IMG/VR virus record: IMGVR_UViG_3300020445_000001
Strand: one strand, 5' to 3'
DNA: 64,000 bases
From: an uncultured virus (IMG/VR IMGVR_UViG_3300020445_000001)
Taxonomy: Duplodnaviria; Heunggongvirae; Uroviricota; Caudoviricetes
The stretch's first letter is position 1; the number at the start of each line of letters is the position of its first letter. The translations under genes were made by a program, and so were the position numbers. The notes below the pieces were generated by a model. That model was given only the letters and a program-made list of their open reading frames with translations, was not told the DNA's origin and searched no databases. Below are positions 25,956 to 35,427 of the stretch, piece after piece.

Positions 25956-26482
25956 AATGGTATACTCCTATTCTTCCAAGTCGCAAATCTTGTCTTCTCT
26001 TTTATATAGTAGTTCTTATATGCAGCGATTGGTTGATTAGGAATTTTACAGTAATCTGGCATACATTGAGGCATCTCAGTTAGTCTAGTATCTGGATTAA
26101 TATTCTTTGGTATGATATTTAAGTATGGTAATCTATTTTCTACTGAGTGTTTCTTACCATATCTAAATGTATATTCTTTAAGTAAGTTCATTAGTAAATG
26201 TAATAACCAAGAATAATTACCTTTAGTTTCTCTACACCATATTGCAGATGGGTGTTTAGTGTGGCACGCTAACATTAGATTTTTGTCCATAAAATCTACT
26301 GGGTGTTTCCACCTTTTTACATTTCTACCAGTTTTGGATTTACCAGCATATTCTTTTCCGTCTAGTAATCTATGTGCAGTAGATAATAGTTGTGCATATT
26401 CTACACACATTTTAACAGCGTGTTTATCACAATGTTCCAGAGATGCAATCTTTGGGTCTTCATTAGTATAAAATATATTCAC
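25925..26482 (-). CDS. pyrimidine-dimer DNA glycosylase-like protein (DenV-related)
   Basis: MNIFY...HCDKH.VKM..E.AQLLST.H...HPS..W...Y..RYGK.H. Confidence 0.8.
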   Translation of the reverse strand: MNIFYTNEDPKIASLEHCDKHAVKMCVEYAQLLSTAHRLLDGKEYAGKSKTGRNVKRWKHPVDFMDKNLMLACHTKHPSAIWCRETKGNYSWLLHLLMNLLKEYTFRYGKKHSVENRLPYLNIIPKNINPDTRLTEMPQCMPDYCKIPNQPIAAYKNYYIKEKTRFATWKNRSIPLWFQEKDIGI

Positions 26483-26483
26483 A

Positions 26484-27134
26484 TCATCTCCTTTTGTAAA
26501 AAATATGTCTACCTATTTTAACTGTTCTTTCAAACTTTCTTGACCACTTTGGTTTAACATAGTCAGCGTGATAATACAATGCTCCGTCAGTAATGTCAAG
26601 TAGTATTTTGAAATTTGATGTAACTAAACTTTCTGCAAGTTTATGTAATTGATTATATGTGTATTCATCTGTGATATCATCTGGCTTACCATCACAATAC
26701 CAACTAAATTGACACATATTTTTTATAGGAATCTTTTTACCTTTTTCTTTCAACCACCATTGTGAAATTTTTGCATCTTCAATAACTCCACATATAGTGT
26801 TTGGATATAATTCACTTTTAACTCTGTTTAATACTACATTACTTACTGCAAGAACTCCAGCAGTACCTTCGTTTCTTGCTTCAAAATACATATTCTTTGC
26901 AAGACAACTAATTTCAGTATCGTCTATAAATCTGTCGTATTTTGCAATTTCCACATATTGCATTGGTATCTGTCTATCTGGTCTATTGATACCAGCAATA
27001 ATAACAAATGTTGATAATATTGATATAAAAACTTTAAAAAACACTCTGTACCCCTCTGTGTTTTTGAATTGTAGGGAACGGTCTGGTAATCCAACTTGTT
27101 CCCTTACAACTCTGGGTTTAGATTTCTTGGTCAT
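26484..27134 (-). CDS. cell wall hydrolase (SleB / Hydrolase_2)
   Basis: CLA.N.YFEAR.E, V.NRV..YPNTIC, CQFSWYCDG and YYHADYV.P.W motifs; N-terminal TM. Confidence 0.93.
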   Translation of the reverse strand: MTKKSKPRVVREQVGLPDRSLQFKNTEGYRVFFKVFISILSTFVIIAGINRPDRQIPMQYVEIAKYDRFIDDTEISCLAKNMYFEARNEGTAGVLAVSNVVLNRVKSELYPNTICGVIEDAKISQWWLKEKGKKIPIKNMCQFSWYCDGKPDDITDEYTYNQLHKLAESLVTSNFKILLDITDGALYYHADYVKPKWSRKFERTVKIGRHIFYKRR

Positions 27135-27279
27135 CTTTCTTATTCATAATATAAGTGCCAAGACCCATAAACCCAATCCCAGCGACTGCGAGGATGGAAA
27201 GAGTAGTGAGAGAGGCGTCACCATCAACAGCACCAGCCGCAAGAATACTGAATATAAATCCAATCAAAAAATAAAACAT
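27118..27279 (-). CDS. small two-TM membrane protein (53 aa, MFYFLIGFIFSILAAGAVDG...)
   Basis: Hand-translated; AGGT RBS; follows the promoter at 27320-27350. Confidence 0.7.
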   Translation of the reverse strand: MFYFLIGFIFSILAAGAVDGDASLTTLSILAVAGIGFMGLGTYIMNKKDDQEI

Positions 27280-27319
27280 AATATACCTATAAATTTAAAT
27301 GTTAATAATATATGTTATC

Positions 27320-27350
27320 ATAATAACATATTCTAATTAAATGTCAACCC
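27320..27350 (-). promoter_or_regulatory. sigma70-type promoter, GGGTTGACA class
   Basis: GGGTTGACA, 16 nt, TG-n-TATTAT. Confidence 0.7.
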
Positions 27351-27830
27351 CTATGCAGATTTTTTATAATCTTTGTGTTTAACATTTAAAAAATTGTCAT
27401 CCCAATCAAATGCCTCTTGTACTACTTGTTTTGATAATCCTTTATATTTTTGATGTAATCTCTTATCCTTTGCAAGTATTAAAACTTCTGCTTCACCCTC
27501 TTGTAATCCTTCTAACATTTGGACAAACATAGTTTCACATTTAACTTGTTTTAATTTATCGTTTCCACCTTTTATAAAGTGAAATAGTTTACTTGCTTCT
27601 TGTTCTAACCTTGTATGTTCAGTTCCAGCTGGTGCATCATTTTTAATAAATGGTACATCACCGTCTGGTAATCTCCATACAATCTTAGGGTCAAAACTAG
27701 ATTTCAAAATCATTTTCAATCCATCACTTTGGTATTTTCTCAATACCTCTATTTTTTTATCTTTTACTTTTGCATTATTGACCTTAGTTAATACTTCGTG
27801 TATTAAAGGTCTTACAACATCATATGCCAT
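27351..27830 (-). CDS. conserved T4-like hypothetical protein
   Basis: W.LP.G..PF...E.MF.QMLEGL...EAE; typical neighbour of rnh. Confidence 0.8.
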   Translation of the reverse strand: MAYDVVRPLIHEVLTKVNNAKVKDKKIEVLRKYQSDGLKMILKSSFDPKIVWRLPDGDVPFIKNDAPAGTEHTRLEQEASKLFHFIKGGNDKLKQVKCETMFVQMLEGLQEGEAEVLILAKDKRLHQKYKGLSKQVVQEAFDWDDNFLNVKHKDYKKSA

Positions 27831-28675
27831 TAAAAATCTCCTAGTTTTTCAGTTAGTTCTTTTAGTCTATGTTTCATAAAATAAGGTAATATTTTACTCC
27901 TATCACTTTGAGTAATTTTATCTACCCACATATTATATATAAGTTCCCCCAACTCATTTGGTATACTATCAAAGTCTATCAATGTTTTGTTTCTTTGATA
28001 GTTTCTTTTTATCTCACCGTCTGGAATACCATTCTCTTTCCATTCTGTTAATTTCTTTTTCGTTATAGGTCTTTGTCTTAATTCATCTACAAAGACAGTA
28101 TCTTGTGATAAAACATTTGGAACACCATCACCTTTATCACCTCTTATAATATGTTCAAACTTATATTGTTCTGGGTTGTCATCAACCACAAATTTTTTCA
28201 AAGTCGGTGAATATTGTTTTACATTATTCTTTTCGTGTAATTGTATGAAGTCTTTATCTCCAGATATAATTAATATATCCTCATATAAATTTGGTGTAGA
28301 AGAAATCCTATTTGATATTATCGCAATAATATCATCAGCTTCTGCACCTTCAATTTTTAAAACTTTATAAGGGAAATTTTCTTCTAACTCATTTTGAATC
28401 TTAGTTAGTATATCAAATAATTCATTCCAATTTAAACTACTTTCACTTCTTGCTTTTTTACGATTTTGTTTGTAATAAGGAAAGTAATCTTTTCTCCAAC
28501 AATGTCTGTCATCATAACAAAGTACCAATTCACCAAAATCTTTACTGAATTTTGTTTTATATGACCTTAAAGAATTTAGTACCATATGTCTTACCAAATC
28601 TTCACTCAAAGGTTCATCTTTTATCTGTATCATCAAATTACTAATTGTAACTTGATTCATATCAACTAATATCAT
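27830..28675 (-). CDS. rnh: T4-type RNase H (5'-3' exonuclease)
   Basis: MILVD.NQ, EADDII, ISGDKDF.QL and GD.GDGVPN motifs. Confidence 0.96.
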   Translation of the reverse strand: MILVDMNQVTISNLMIQIKDEPLSEDLVRHMVLNSLRSYKTKFSKDFGELVLCYDDRHCWRKDYFPYYKQNRKKARSESSLNWNELFDILTKIQNELEENFPYKVLKIEGAEADDIIAIISNRISSTPNLYEDILIISGDKDFIQLHEKNNVKQYSPTLKKFVVDDNPEQYKFEHIIRGDKGDGVPNVLSQDTVFVDELRQRPITKKKLTEWKENGIPDGEIKRNYQRNKTLIDFDSIPNELGELIYNMWVDKITQSDRSKILPYFMKHRLKELTEKLGDF

Positions 28676-29064
28676 TTATTCTTTTTTTTGTCCAAAGCTT
28701 TTAAAAACTTAGGTATCAATTCCATTTTAAATATTGTGTTAGTATTACCCTTTTTATCTTTTTCTTGAACCATAAACTTATCAACTAAAGGTTGCATTTC
28801 GTGTTGAATATCTAAATCTCTATAAATAGAACTCTTGATTGATTCAATAACAAAAGATAAATCTTTTATAAATGTTGGGTTATTAACTTTCAATCCATTA
28901 TCATTTAAAGCGTGTACTAATTGTACTATCAAGGCTTCAGTAAGTGTATCTGCAAAAGACATATCTTCATTAAGTCTTAACAAATTTTCGTCTGGCTTAA
29001 TCACTTTTCTTTTACCCTTAAATCTTTTAGGAAATGTAATTATGTTATCGTTTTTATTTTCCAT
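28672..29064 (-). CDS. hypothetical protein (start probably MENKNDN)
   Basis: NII.FP N-terminus; upstream of rnh. Confidence 0.7.
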   Translation of the reverse strand: MENKNDNIITFPKRFKGKRKVIKPDENLLRLNEDMSFADTLTEALIVQLVHALNDNGLKVNNPTFIKDLSFVIESIKSSIYRDLDIQHEMQPLVDKFMVQEKDKKGNTNTIFKMELIPKFLKALDKKKNK

Positions 29065-29072
29065 AATAATAT

Positions 29073-29315
29073 TTATGTCCAAAAGTTCATTAAACCAACA
29101 ACTGATATAATAAACCCAACAGAGTTTAATAGTATGATAGAACCGTCTTTCCAATAATATCCAACACTAACCCATACAACACTACCAATGGTCATAAAGT
29201 ATAGGTTTAGTGGATAGATATTAAAAGATGTAAAACATAAGCCTGTCAACAATAGGATAGAACCAAACCATTTTAGACCTCTAACATCTTTTCTTTTTCT
29301 ATTTTTCTTATACAT
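29073..29315 (-). CDS. small multi-TM membrane protein
   Basis: KW.G...NIYPLN with three TM segments. Confidence 0.7.
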   Translation of the reverse strand: MYKKNRKRKDVRGLKWFGSILLLTGLCFTSFNIYPLNLYFMTIGSVVWVSVGYYWKDGSIILLNSVGFIISVVGLMNFWT

Positions 29316-29539
29316 CTTCTTGTACTCGCAGCCTTCTCTTTTCTTTTTCTTTCACTTCTAGTTTCAAAAAATTCTCTTTTGCGAAGTTCATTGAACATAT
29401 CTTCTTTTTGTAATTTCTTTTTAAGTTTTCTGATTGCCTTATCTACATTACCATTTTCTACTGCAACAGCAGTACCAGGCAATCTTTTCTCTGGAAATCT
29501 TTTCTTTTTATTAAATTTATGAACTTGTTTGAATCGCAT
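29273..29539 (-). CDS. rpsU: ribosomal protein bS21
   Basis: V.V..GNVDKAIRKLKKK...ELRKREFFE..SE.KR.K.A..RR. Confidence 0.9.
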   Translation of the reverse strand: MRFKQVHKFNKKKRFPEKRLPGTAVAVENGNVDKAIRKLKKKLQKEDMFNELRKREFFETRSERKRKEKAASTRRCIRKIEKEKMLEV

Positions 29540-29720
29540 ACATATCCTCTATTAATTGATTAGTAACTTCTGCCTCATATTGGTCTACGCCAGTAAGAAA
29601 TGCATTTATATCTGTTATTGATAGTTTTGTAATATCCGAAACATCTGCACACTTCATAACATAGTCTACAATGTGATTAGGAATATCTTCGTGTGTATTA
29701 TAAAAATAAATCATATTCAC
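29517..29720 (-). CDS. hypothetical protein
   Basis: ORF in operon. Confidence 0.6.
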   Translation of the reverse strand: MNMIYFYNTHEDIPNHIVDYVMKCADVSDITKLSITDINAFLTGVDQYEAEVTNQLIEDMYAIQTSS

Positions 29721-29728
29721 CTATATTG

Positions 29729-29950
29729 TTAAGTTTTATATCGTCTAATTTCACTCTCTACCATTTCTGCATAATGTCTAATATAATCTTTTCCAAAATC
29801 ATTAATTCCGTGTGTTTCAGAATCATTAACTTTAGACCACATCATTTTAACAATATCTTCAAGGTTTTCAAGTGCAAGTTGTTTATTAGTTTTGATTGGT
29901 TTTAAATCTTTCAAACTTAAATTAATTCCAACTTTTTCTAAATTATCCAT
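29729..29950 (-). CDS. hypothetical protein (near-leaderless)
   Basis: ATG lies 7 nt after the -10 box. Confidence 0.65.
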   Translation of the reverse strand: MDNLEKVGINLSLKDLKPIKTNKQLALENLEDIVKMMWSKVNDSETHGINDFGKDYIRHYAEMVESEIRRYKT

Positions 29951-29956
29951 AATTAC

Positions 29957-29988
29957 ATCTTACCATAAAAATTAATATTGTCAACCCC
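29957..29988 (-). promoter_or_regulatory. sigma70-type promoter, GGGTTGACA class
   Basis: GGGGTTGACA, 16 nt, TG-n-TAAGAT. Confidence 0.7.
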
Positions 29989-30006
29989 ATTTAAATTATT
30001 TTTCCT

Positions 30007-30255
30007 TTATATTACCTCTTTTAAATTAAACTTACTTGTAAGAATATCTCTTACTCTTTCTCTGTCAAGACTATCACCATAAAATGGCAAAGAATCATCA
30101 CTTCCAATATAGTCAATAGTTGCAGTTTGAATTTGACTTACAGTTGCACCCATATCATAGATACCATTTTTACCATAAAAATCATAAACATAACTTACAA
30201 ATTCATTCATTAATTTTGCAAATTTTAAACTCTTTATAATATCTTTTTTCTTCAT
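30007..30255 (-). CDS. early hypothetical protein
   Basis: AAGGA RBS; DSLDRE.VRD motif. Confidence 0.7.
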   Translation of the reverse strand: MKKKDIIKSLKFAKLMNEFVSYVYDFYGKNGIYDMGATVSQIQTATIDYIGSDDSLPFYGDSLDRERVRDILTSKFNLKEVI

Positions 30256-30273
30256 TTTATATCCTTTCTTAAA

Positions 30274-30498
30274 TTAATTCCAGCTTGGTAATGTATAATT
30301 TGCCCAATAATCGTTCCAGACATATCTTGCAAGCCATTCTGTTTCATTTTCACTCCAAATGTTATTACACTTTTTCTTTGCAATAACAACAAACTCTTCA
30401 AATTCTTCACAGTTTGCGATATCATTTTCATCTACATTATCATAAAATCTCTCTACAAGATTTGTCATATGGTTATCAGTTATATTTGCGATTGTCAT
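30274..30498 (-). CDS. early hypothetical protein
   Basis: Follows early promoter copy 4. Confidence 0.7.
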   Translation of the reverse strand: MTIANITDNHMTNLVERFYDNVDENDIANCEEFEEFVVIAKKKCNNIWSENETEWLARYVWNDYWANYTLPSWN

Positions 30499-30507
30499 AT
30501 TTTTCTC

Positions 30508-30559
30508 TTTCTTTCTTGATTATATTATTATTATACTTTGTTTTAAGAACAATGTCAAG
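30508..30559 (-). promoter_or_regulatory. early sigma70-type promoter, repeat copy 4
   Basis: TTGACA (30558-30553), 17 nt, TATAAT (30535-30530), same leader. Confidence 0.9.
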
Positions 30560-30571
30560 TCTTTTTTTAAA

Positions 30572-30871
30572 TTATTTTGTTAATTTTCTTTGTTTTCTTC
30601 TTTGTTGTTCGTTCCAAACTTCTTCTTGAACTTGTAAAGAAGGCCACTCGTGGTCATCTTCTATTGTATCATTAACCCACGCTAACAAATCATTTGCTAA
30701 CTTTTTTGCTTCTGTTTTACTAAGATTAACAACATTCAATCTATCATCAGATTGCATCCAATCAGTCTTTGGATTTCTTATAGTTAATACACTCAGTCTT
30801 GCACCACCAAAACCAGAAAACTGTCTTAAACTTATTGTTTTTTTATTTGAAGATTTAACTCTTTTACCCAT
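30572..30871 (-). CDS. early hypothetical protein
   Basis: Follows early promoter copy 5. Confidence 0.7.
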   Translation of the reverse strand: MGKRVKSSNKKTISLRQFSGFGGARLSVLTIRNPKTDWMQSDDRLNVVNLSKTEAKKLANDLLAWVNDTIEDDHEWPSLQVQEEVWNEQQRRKQRKLTK

Positions 30872-30881
30872 TTTTTTGTCC

Positions 30882-30935
30882 TTTCTTTCTTGACTTTATG
30901 TATCTATTGTACCTTGTTTTGAGAACAATGTCAAG
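30882..30935 (-). promoter_or_regulatory. early sigma70-type promoter, repeat copy 5
   Basis: TTGACA (30934-30929), 17 nt, TACAAT (30911-30906), TCAAGAAAGAAAGG leader. Confidence 0.9.
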
Positions 30936-30982
30936 TAAAAAAGTTAAAAAAATGAAAAAAAGATATGAATTAAATCAATGAC

Positions 30983-31534
30983 TTACGAAGATATGTTATA
31001 TTTTCTGTAATCATTGTGGTTTCCATACCAATGAACTTCGGTATGAATCTTGTTTTTATTGGATTTTATAATGTGTTTTTCCCACCAATCTGGTTCTTTT
31101 ACAGTACAATGTGCATTTTCACCGTTTGGTAGTATTGCTTGTGCAAGTCTAGTGCAAATCGCAAGATATACAAATTTGTTTGCCTTACTGTATATCTCAT
31201 CAAGTATTTTAGGTACTATCTCTTCTGGTATATGTTCTAAAACATCTGTTGATATAACACCGTCAAACTTATCCTCTGGTATGTTTTCGTGTTCTGGAAA
31301 GCCTGGGTCGTACATATAGATGTTTTCATCATTTATATGAAATAAGATGTTAAGGTGTGAATCTGTGTATTGACTACCCTTTCCACAACCATAATCTAAT
31401 ACTGTTTGAGAATGTGTTATCAAAACAATATTTGCAATGTTTGGGGTTTCTTTGAATAAACTAACACCTTGATAGGTTTTTTTATCTTCGTGCATTGACC
31501 TATACAAGTCAATATAATGTTGTTCAATGTCCAT
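30983..31534 (-). CDS. class I SAM-dependent methyltransferase
   Basis: VLDYGCGKG, YDP and FDGVISTDVLEHIP motifs. Confidence 0.9.
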   Translation of the reverse strand: MDIEQHYIDLYRSMHEDKKTYQGVSLFKETPNIANIVLITHSQTVLDYGCGKGSQYTDSHLNILFHINDENIYMYDPGFPEHENIPEDKFDGVISTDVLEHIPEEIVPKILDEIYSKANKFVYLAICTRLAQAILPNGENAHCTVKEPDWWEKHIIKSNKNKIHTEVHWYGNHNDYRKYNISS

Positions 31535-31859
31535 TATGTAACCTCATAAAATATTCTGCATCAATTAAAACTAATGGTTTTTGATTGTTTCTTTTTATAA
31601 CAACAATCGGTTCATATTTACCAGCATTATCACACGCCTGTTTATATGATTCCCATATATTTAATTTTTCTTGATTTTTACATTCAATGGAATATGGAAA
31701 CTTTTCTCTTGCAGCTCTTGCCATAATTAAATCTTCACCACCAGCACCCATTGAACGACTTTCAATATCCTCTTCGTGTATATTCAATTTTTCTATGAGT
31801 TGTTCCCTAACCCATTTCTGTAATCTTCTACCTTTTGATTTTTTACTCTGTGTCTTCAT
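31524..31859 (-). CDS. PD-(D/E)XK endonuclease (Holliday junction resolvase-like)
   Basis: K.KGRRLQ...SMGAGGED...SIECKN. Confidence 0.75.
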   Translation of the reverse strand: MKTQSKKSKGRRLQKWVREQLIEKLNIHEEDIESRSMGAGGEDLIMARAAREKFPYSIECKNQEKLNIWESYKQACDNAGKYEPIVVIKRNNQKPLVLIDAEYFMRLHNGH

Positions 31860-31989
31860 CTACATTATCTTCATCAAGTTCTTCACCACAAAAAGGACAA
31901 TGTTTTACTTGATAGTATTCATCGTCCATATTATGGTTTATTTTAAATTCTGCTTCACAATAATCGCAATAAATTGTTTTTCCAGGCAT
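31843..31989 (-). CDS. small zinc-ribbon protein (48 aa)
   Basis: Hand-translated MPGKTIYCDYC...HCPFCGEEL; TAATG overlap with nrdJ. Confidence 0.75.
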   Translation of the reverse strand: MPGKTIYCDYCEAEFKINHNMDDEYYQVKHCPFCGEELDEDNVDEDTE

Positions 31990-33905
31990 TACTGAATCTC
32001 ACAAGAACCAGCAGAACACGCAAGTTCTTGTGAACCTACTGTCATATCAGATCTTTCATACTCTGATAACTTATTCCAATCAACACTAGTAGGCATTTTA
32101 TTCAACAAATCTTTATATTCCTTTTCATTACAATCTTGATAAGGTGCTTGTTTATATGTATGTTCACTATATGGTAAGAAACTAACTCCACTCATTAAGT
32201 CAAAATTCTTATATACCCAAGCTCCAACATCAATCCATTCTTCTTCTTTTACAGAAATAGTAACTGACGGTTTGTGTTCACACCAATGTACTTGATATGT
32301 TTTCCAAAGTTCTAGTTGTTCAATCGCAGTTAAATCTTGTCTGAATACTGCATCTGGACTACATTTTATTGGAAAAGAAAACACAGTAGTATCATTTGGT
32401 TTCATAACATCATCTTCATTAGGAAAACCTTCTTCTACCATCATCTTTGTAAGTGGGTCTTTCTTATCACCTCTTACAGTTCTAATATAATAAGGATTGT
32501 GTCTAGCGTGAATACCACTTGCACTATCTACTAATTGTGAAACAGTTCCAGACGGTTTTACACAAGTAATCGCAGCTGAGTGATTAATCTTTAATTTCTT
32601 AGACCAATCTTTGTTAGTATCTACTGACATTTGTTTAAGGTTCTTTAACAATAAATCTAAACCATTTAGTTTACCAGCTGTCCATTTATTATCCATAATA
32701 CCAGTAAGTGATACACCAAGTAATCTTTCTTCAACACAATTCTTTTTCCAATCTTTACTTACATATTTAAAATTAGTTAGTGTAGACTGAAATGTTCCAA
32801 GTATTGTTGCAAGTTTTACTTTTCTTAGTAATGTATCTTCTGTATCGTTTGGTCTGACAACAACTTCAGATAAGTTACAAAATTCTCTACTTCGTAAAAT
32901 TATTTCTGAACAAGGATTTGTTCCAAAATCATATCCAACATCTCTTCTTTCATTCTTCTCTGCAATTCTCTTTGCAGATTCTCTGTTGAATATTCCTCGT
33001 TCACCAGACTTAGAATCATAAAGTGCTTTCCATTCGTCCATAAAAATGCCTATGTCTGGTTTCTCAGTATAACAAGCAGAGTTATTTGCAAGTGCTCTTT
33101 GACCATTATCAATCCACCATTGACCAGACTTTGCAACTCTCATTCTATCGTCAGAAAGATTAGATAAACTAATTAATGCACTTCTTCTAACACCACCAAC
33201 AACAACAATCTCTGCCGTCTTACAAACAATGTCGTGACATTCAATAGAACTTAATTTTCTTCCGTGTGCATTTTGAAATATTTCTGTTGTGAATTCAAAT
33301 AATCTATGTAATGGTTCAGGCCCAGATGCACGACCACCAAAAGTTTTTAGTGGAGCACCAGCTGGTCTTACTTTAGTTAAATCCCATTTAGGTATTTGCC
33401 CGTGATATAACATTGCAACAAGTTCTTTAAATGCTTTTGCCCAACCCATTTTACTGTCTTGAACAACAATAGTCGTATCACTAGGGTGAAACTCTTCTGC
33501 AACTGTTGGTAGATTACCAACAAATTGTCTTTCAACTGAGAATCCTACTCCAGTTCCATTCATCAATACATATAGTATTTCGTCAAATGCTTGTGGTCTA
33601 TCAACTGCAACATAACTACAATTATAACCAGCAATATTTTCTCTTCTTAGTGCTTCACCAGCTGTCATTAAACATCTCATAGAAGGCATAATATCAAGAT
33701 GTATTACTGCATCTTCCAACTCTTCTCTCAATGACTTATCTAAATTATATTTACAACTTTGTTTCAAATGTTCTTGAAAAAAATCAAAGTATCTAGTTAC
33801 TGTTTCTCTCCAAGTTTCTCTTCTACCTTCTTTCGGTATCCACCTTGAGTATCTTGATAGGTGTATAAATTCTTGATAATTAGTTGGAAGTTTACCATTA
33901 AGCAT
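31989..33905 (-). CDS. nrdJ: class II (adenosylcobalamin-dependent) ribonucleotide reductase
   Basis: NCSY, GTGVGFS, VVVGGVRRSA, TNPCSEI, FCNLSE, KPSGT, EHKPS and C-terminal CxxGxCE; no nrdB adjacent. Confidence 0.93.
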   Translation of the reverse strand: MLNGKLPTNYQEFIHLSRYSRWIPKEGRRETWRETVTRYFDFFQEHLKQSCKYNLDKSLREELEDAVIHLDIMPSMRCLMTAGEALRRENIAGYNCSYVAVDRPQAFDEILYVLMNGTGVGFSVERQFVGNLPTVAEEFHPSDTTIVVQDSKMGWAKAFKELVAMLYHGQIPKWDLTKVRPAGAPLKTFGGRASGPEPLHRLFEFTTEIFQNAHGRKLSSIECHDIVCKTAEIVVVGGVRRSALISLSNLSDDRMRVAKSGQWWIDNGQRALANNSACYTEKPDIGIFMDEWKALYDSKSGERGIFNRESAKRIAEKNERRDVGYDFGTNPCSEIILRSREFCNLSEVVVRPNDTEDTLLRKVKLATILGTFQSTLTNFKYVSKDWKKNCVEERLLGVSLTGIMDNKWTAGKLNGLDLLLKNLKQMSVDTNKDWSKKLKINHSAAITCVKPSGTVSQLVDSASGIHARHNPYYIRTVRGDKKDPLTKMMVEEGFPNEDDVMKPNDTTVFSFPIKCSPDAVFRQDLTAIEQLELWKTYQVHWCEHKPSVTISVKEEEWIDVGAWVYKNFDLMSGVSFLPYSEHTYKQAPYQDCNEKEYKDLLNKMPTSVDWNKLSEYERSDMTVGSQELACSAGSCEIQ

Positions 33906-34905
33906 CTATTTTTCTCCATTCATTGAATCGGACTTTTGCTTCTAGTCCTTTATATGTGTTATCGTCTATTAGTTTTTTTATGTCTTTTACTCCAGACACA
34001 ACCATTTCGTTGATGTCTTTCTGTTTTATTTGTTCTGGAAACAAACAAACAGAATAATCATCTTCTATGAAACTTCTAATTCTTTTTACTATTTCTCTAT
34101 TTCTTGGTTCATTATCTGGTATCAAAGTTACACTATTCTTTTTATCAATTCTTAAATCAGAGTGTGCAGTTGCAATACAATTATCTAAAAATAAACTATC
34201 AATAGGCCCTTCTACCACATAAACCCTTTTATTCCAATCAACACTATCTAAACCATATAATTTTTTATCATCTGATAATCTTATAGTCAGATACTTCGGT
34301 TCTTCTTTACCAAATGCACGACCTTGTAGTGCGAACATTTTATTACTCTTATCTAAGAAAGGTATCACAAATCTAGGGTGATCACCCTTTAAAGATGGAA
34401 ACTTGTTCGGTGCAAATGTGTTGACCCACTCATAGAATTTGTTGCAGAAAAACAACTTGTAATGAAAACGACTTTGAATATGTCTATTTCTGACCCATTT
34501 AGTTACTGGGTGGTCTGGACTAAGTTGTGAAATTTTCTTGAGTTTTTTGAGTGGAGAATCCCCTTTTAAAAATACTGATTTAGATAAATTCAAATCTTTT
34601 TTTTTATCGTCTGATTGTATATATACATTCTTATTTTTATAGATTTCAAATGTATATTCCTTATGCAAATCACCATTTACATATCTTAACAGACTACCAA
34701 AGTCAGTAGATTTCTCACAATTATGACATTTATAAACATAAAATGTCTTATTGAGTATTAGATATCCTCTGGCTTTAGTTCTTGACTTTTCTGAATCACC
34801 ACAGTAGGGGCATCTGAAATTGTATAGATTTCCAGATTTCTTTTTAAACTGTGATAACTTTGAAGATAAAAGACCAATATATTTTGTATCAACAAAAGTG
34901 TTCAT
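33898..34905 (-). CDS. gp61: DNA primase gp61
   Basis: CPYCGDS...CHNC zinc finger; VVEGPIDSLF and DNEPRN motifs. Confidence 0.96.
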   Translation of the reverse strand: MNTFVDTKYIGLLSSKLSQFKKKSGNLYNFRCPYCGDSEKSRTKARGYLILNKTFYVYKCHNCEKSTDFGSLLRYVNGDLHKEYTFEIYKNKNVYIQSDDKKKDLNLSKSVFLKGDSPLKKLKKISQLSPDHPVTKWVRNRHIQSRFHYKLFFCNKFYEWVNTFAPNKFPSLKGDHPRFVIPFLDKSNKMFALQGRAFGKEEPKYLTIRLSDDKKLYGLDSVDWNKRVYVVEGPIDSLFLDNCIATAHSDLRIDKKNSVTLIPDNEPRNREIVKRIRSFIEDDYSVCLFPEQIKQKDINEMVVSGVKDIKKLIDDNTYKGLEAKVRFNEWRKIDA

Positions 34906-34913
34906 AGATAGAC

Positions 34914-34942
34914 ATTATATACCATAATTAAAAGATTGTCAA
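34914..34942 (-). promoter_or_regulatory. sigma70-type promoter for primase
   Basis: TTGACA, 17 nt, TATAAT. Confidence 0.75.
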
Positions 34943-34944
34943 TA

Positions 34945-35355
34945 CTATATTGCAAACATTATTACTTTGTGAAGAATAAATCCAGCGACTATTGAACCAC
35001 CGATAATAATCCATCTCCACTTTTCTAATATACCTACCCTATTAGATAATTCTCTTTGAAGTTGATGAAATCTTTCAATATCATCTGAATTGTGTTTACT
35101 TATAACTGCTACTATTTCTTTATAATTTGATGTAACCCTTGAATGTAATTCTTGTATTTCTCTTTTTATTTCTTTTTCGTGTTTAACTATTTCTTCTTCT
35201 TGTCTTCCAAGTTTTTCTTCGTGTACTGCAAGTATTTTGTTAATACAGTTTGATACATCTGTAAGTTTACTAATTGCAGTATCAAGGCGTGAGTGAATAT
35301 GTTTCATATCACTCACATCCTTTTTAAGAAGTTCTAGTTCTGTTTTGATAGTCAT
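34945..35355 (-). CDS. coiled-coil protein with C-terminal TM (XhlA/holin-like)
   Basis: Coiled coil ending RV..LEKWRW.I.GG.. Confidence 0.7.
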   Translation of the reverse strand: MTIKTELELLKKDVSDMKHIHSRLDTAISKLTDVSNCINKILAVHEEKLGRQEEEIVKHEKEIKREIQELHSRVTSNYKEIVAVISKHNSDDIERFHQLQRELSNRVGILEKWRWIIIGGSIVAGFILHKVIMFAI

Positions 35356-35360
35356 ACTTA

Positions 35361-35427
35361 TATTTATAAGTGTTCAAAAATTTGACAACTTACATAATTT
35401 GACTAAACAAACAGTCAAACAAATGAC
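35361..35427 (-). promoter_or_regulatory. late promoter TATAAATA with adjacent GTCA-N6-TGAC-like palindromes
   Basis: TATAAATA at 35368-35361; ttcaN6tgac at 35373-35386; gtcaN6tgac at 35414-35427. Confidence 0.65.

Noticed and set aside
27140..27250. GC-rich patch suggestive of an ncRNA
   Set aside because: Explained by a 53 aa Ala/Gly-rich membrane ORF on the minus strand with its own promoter and RBS
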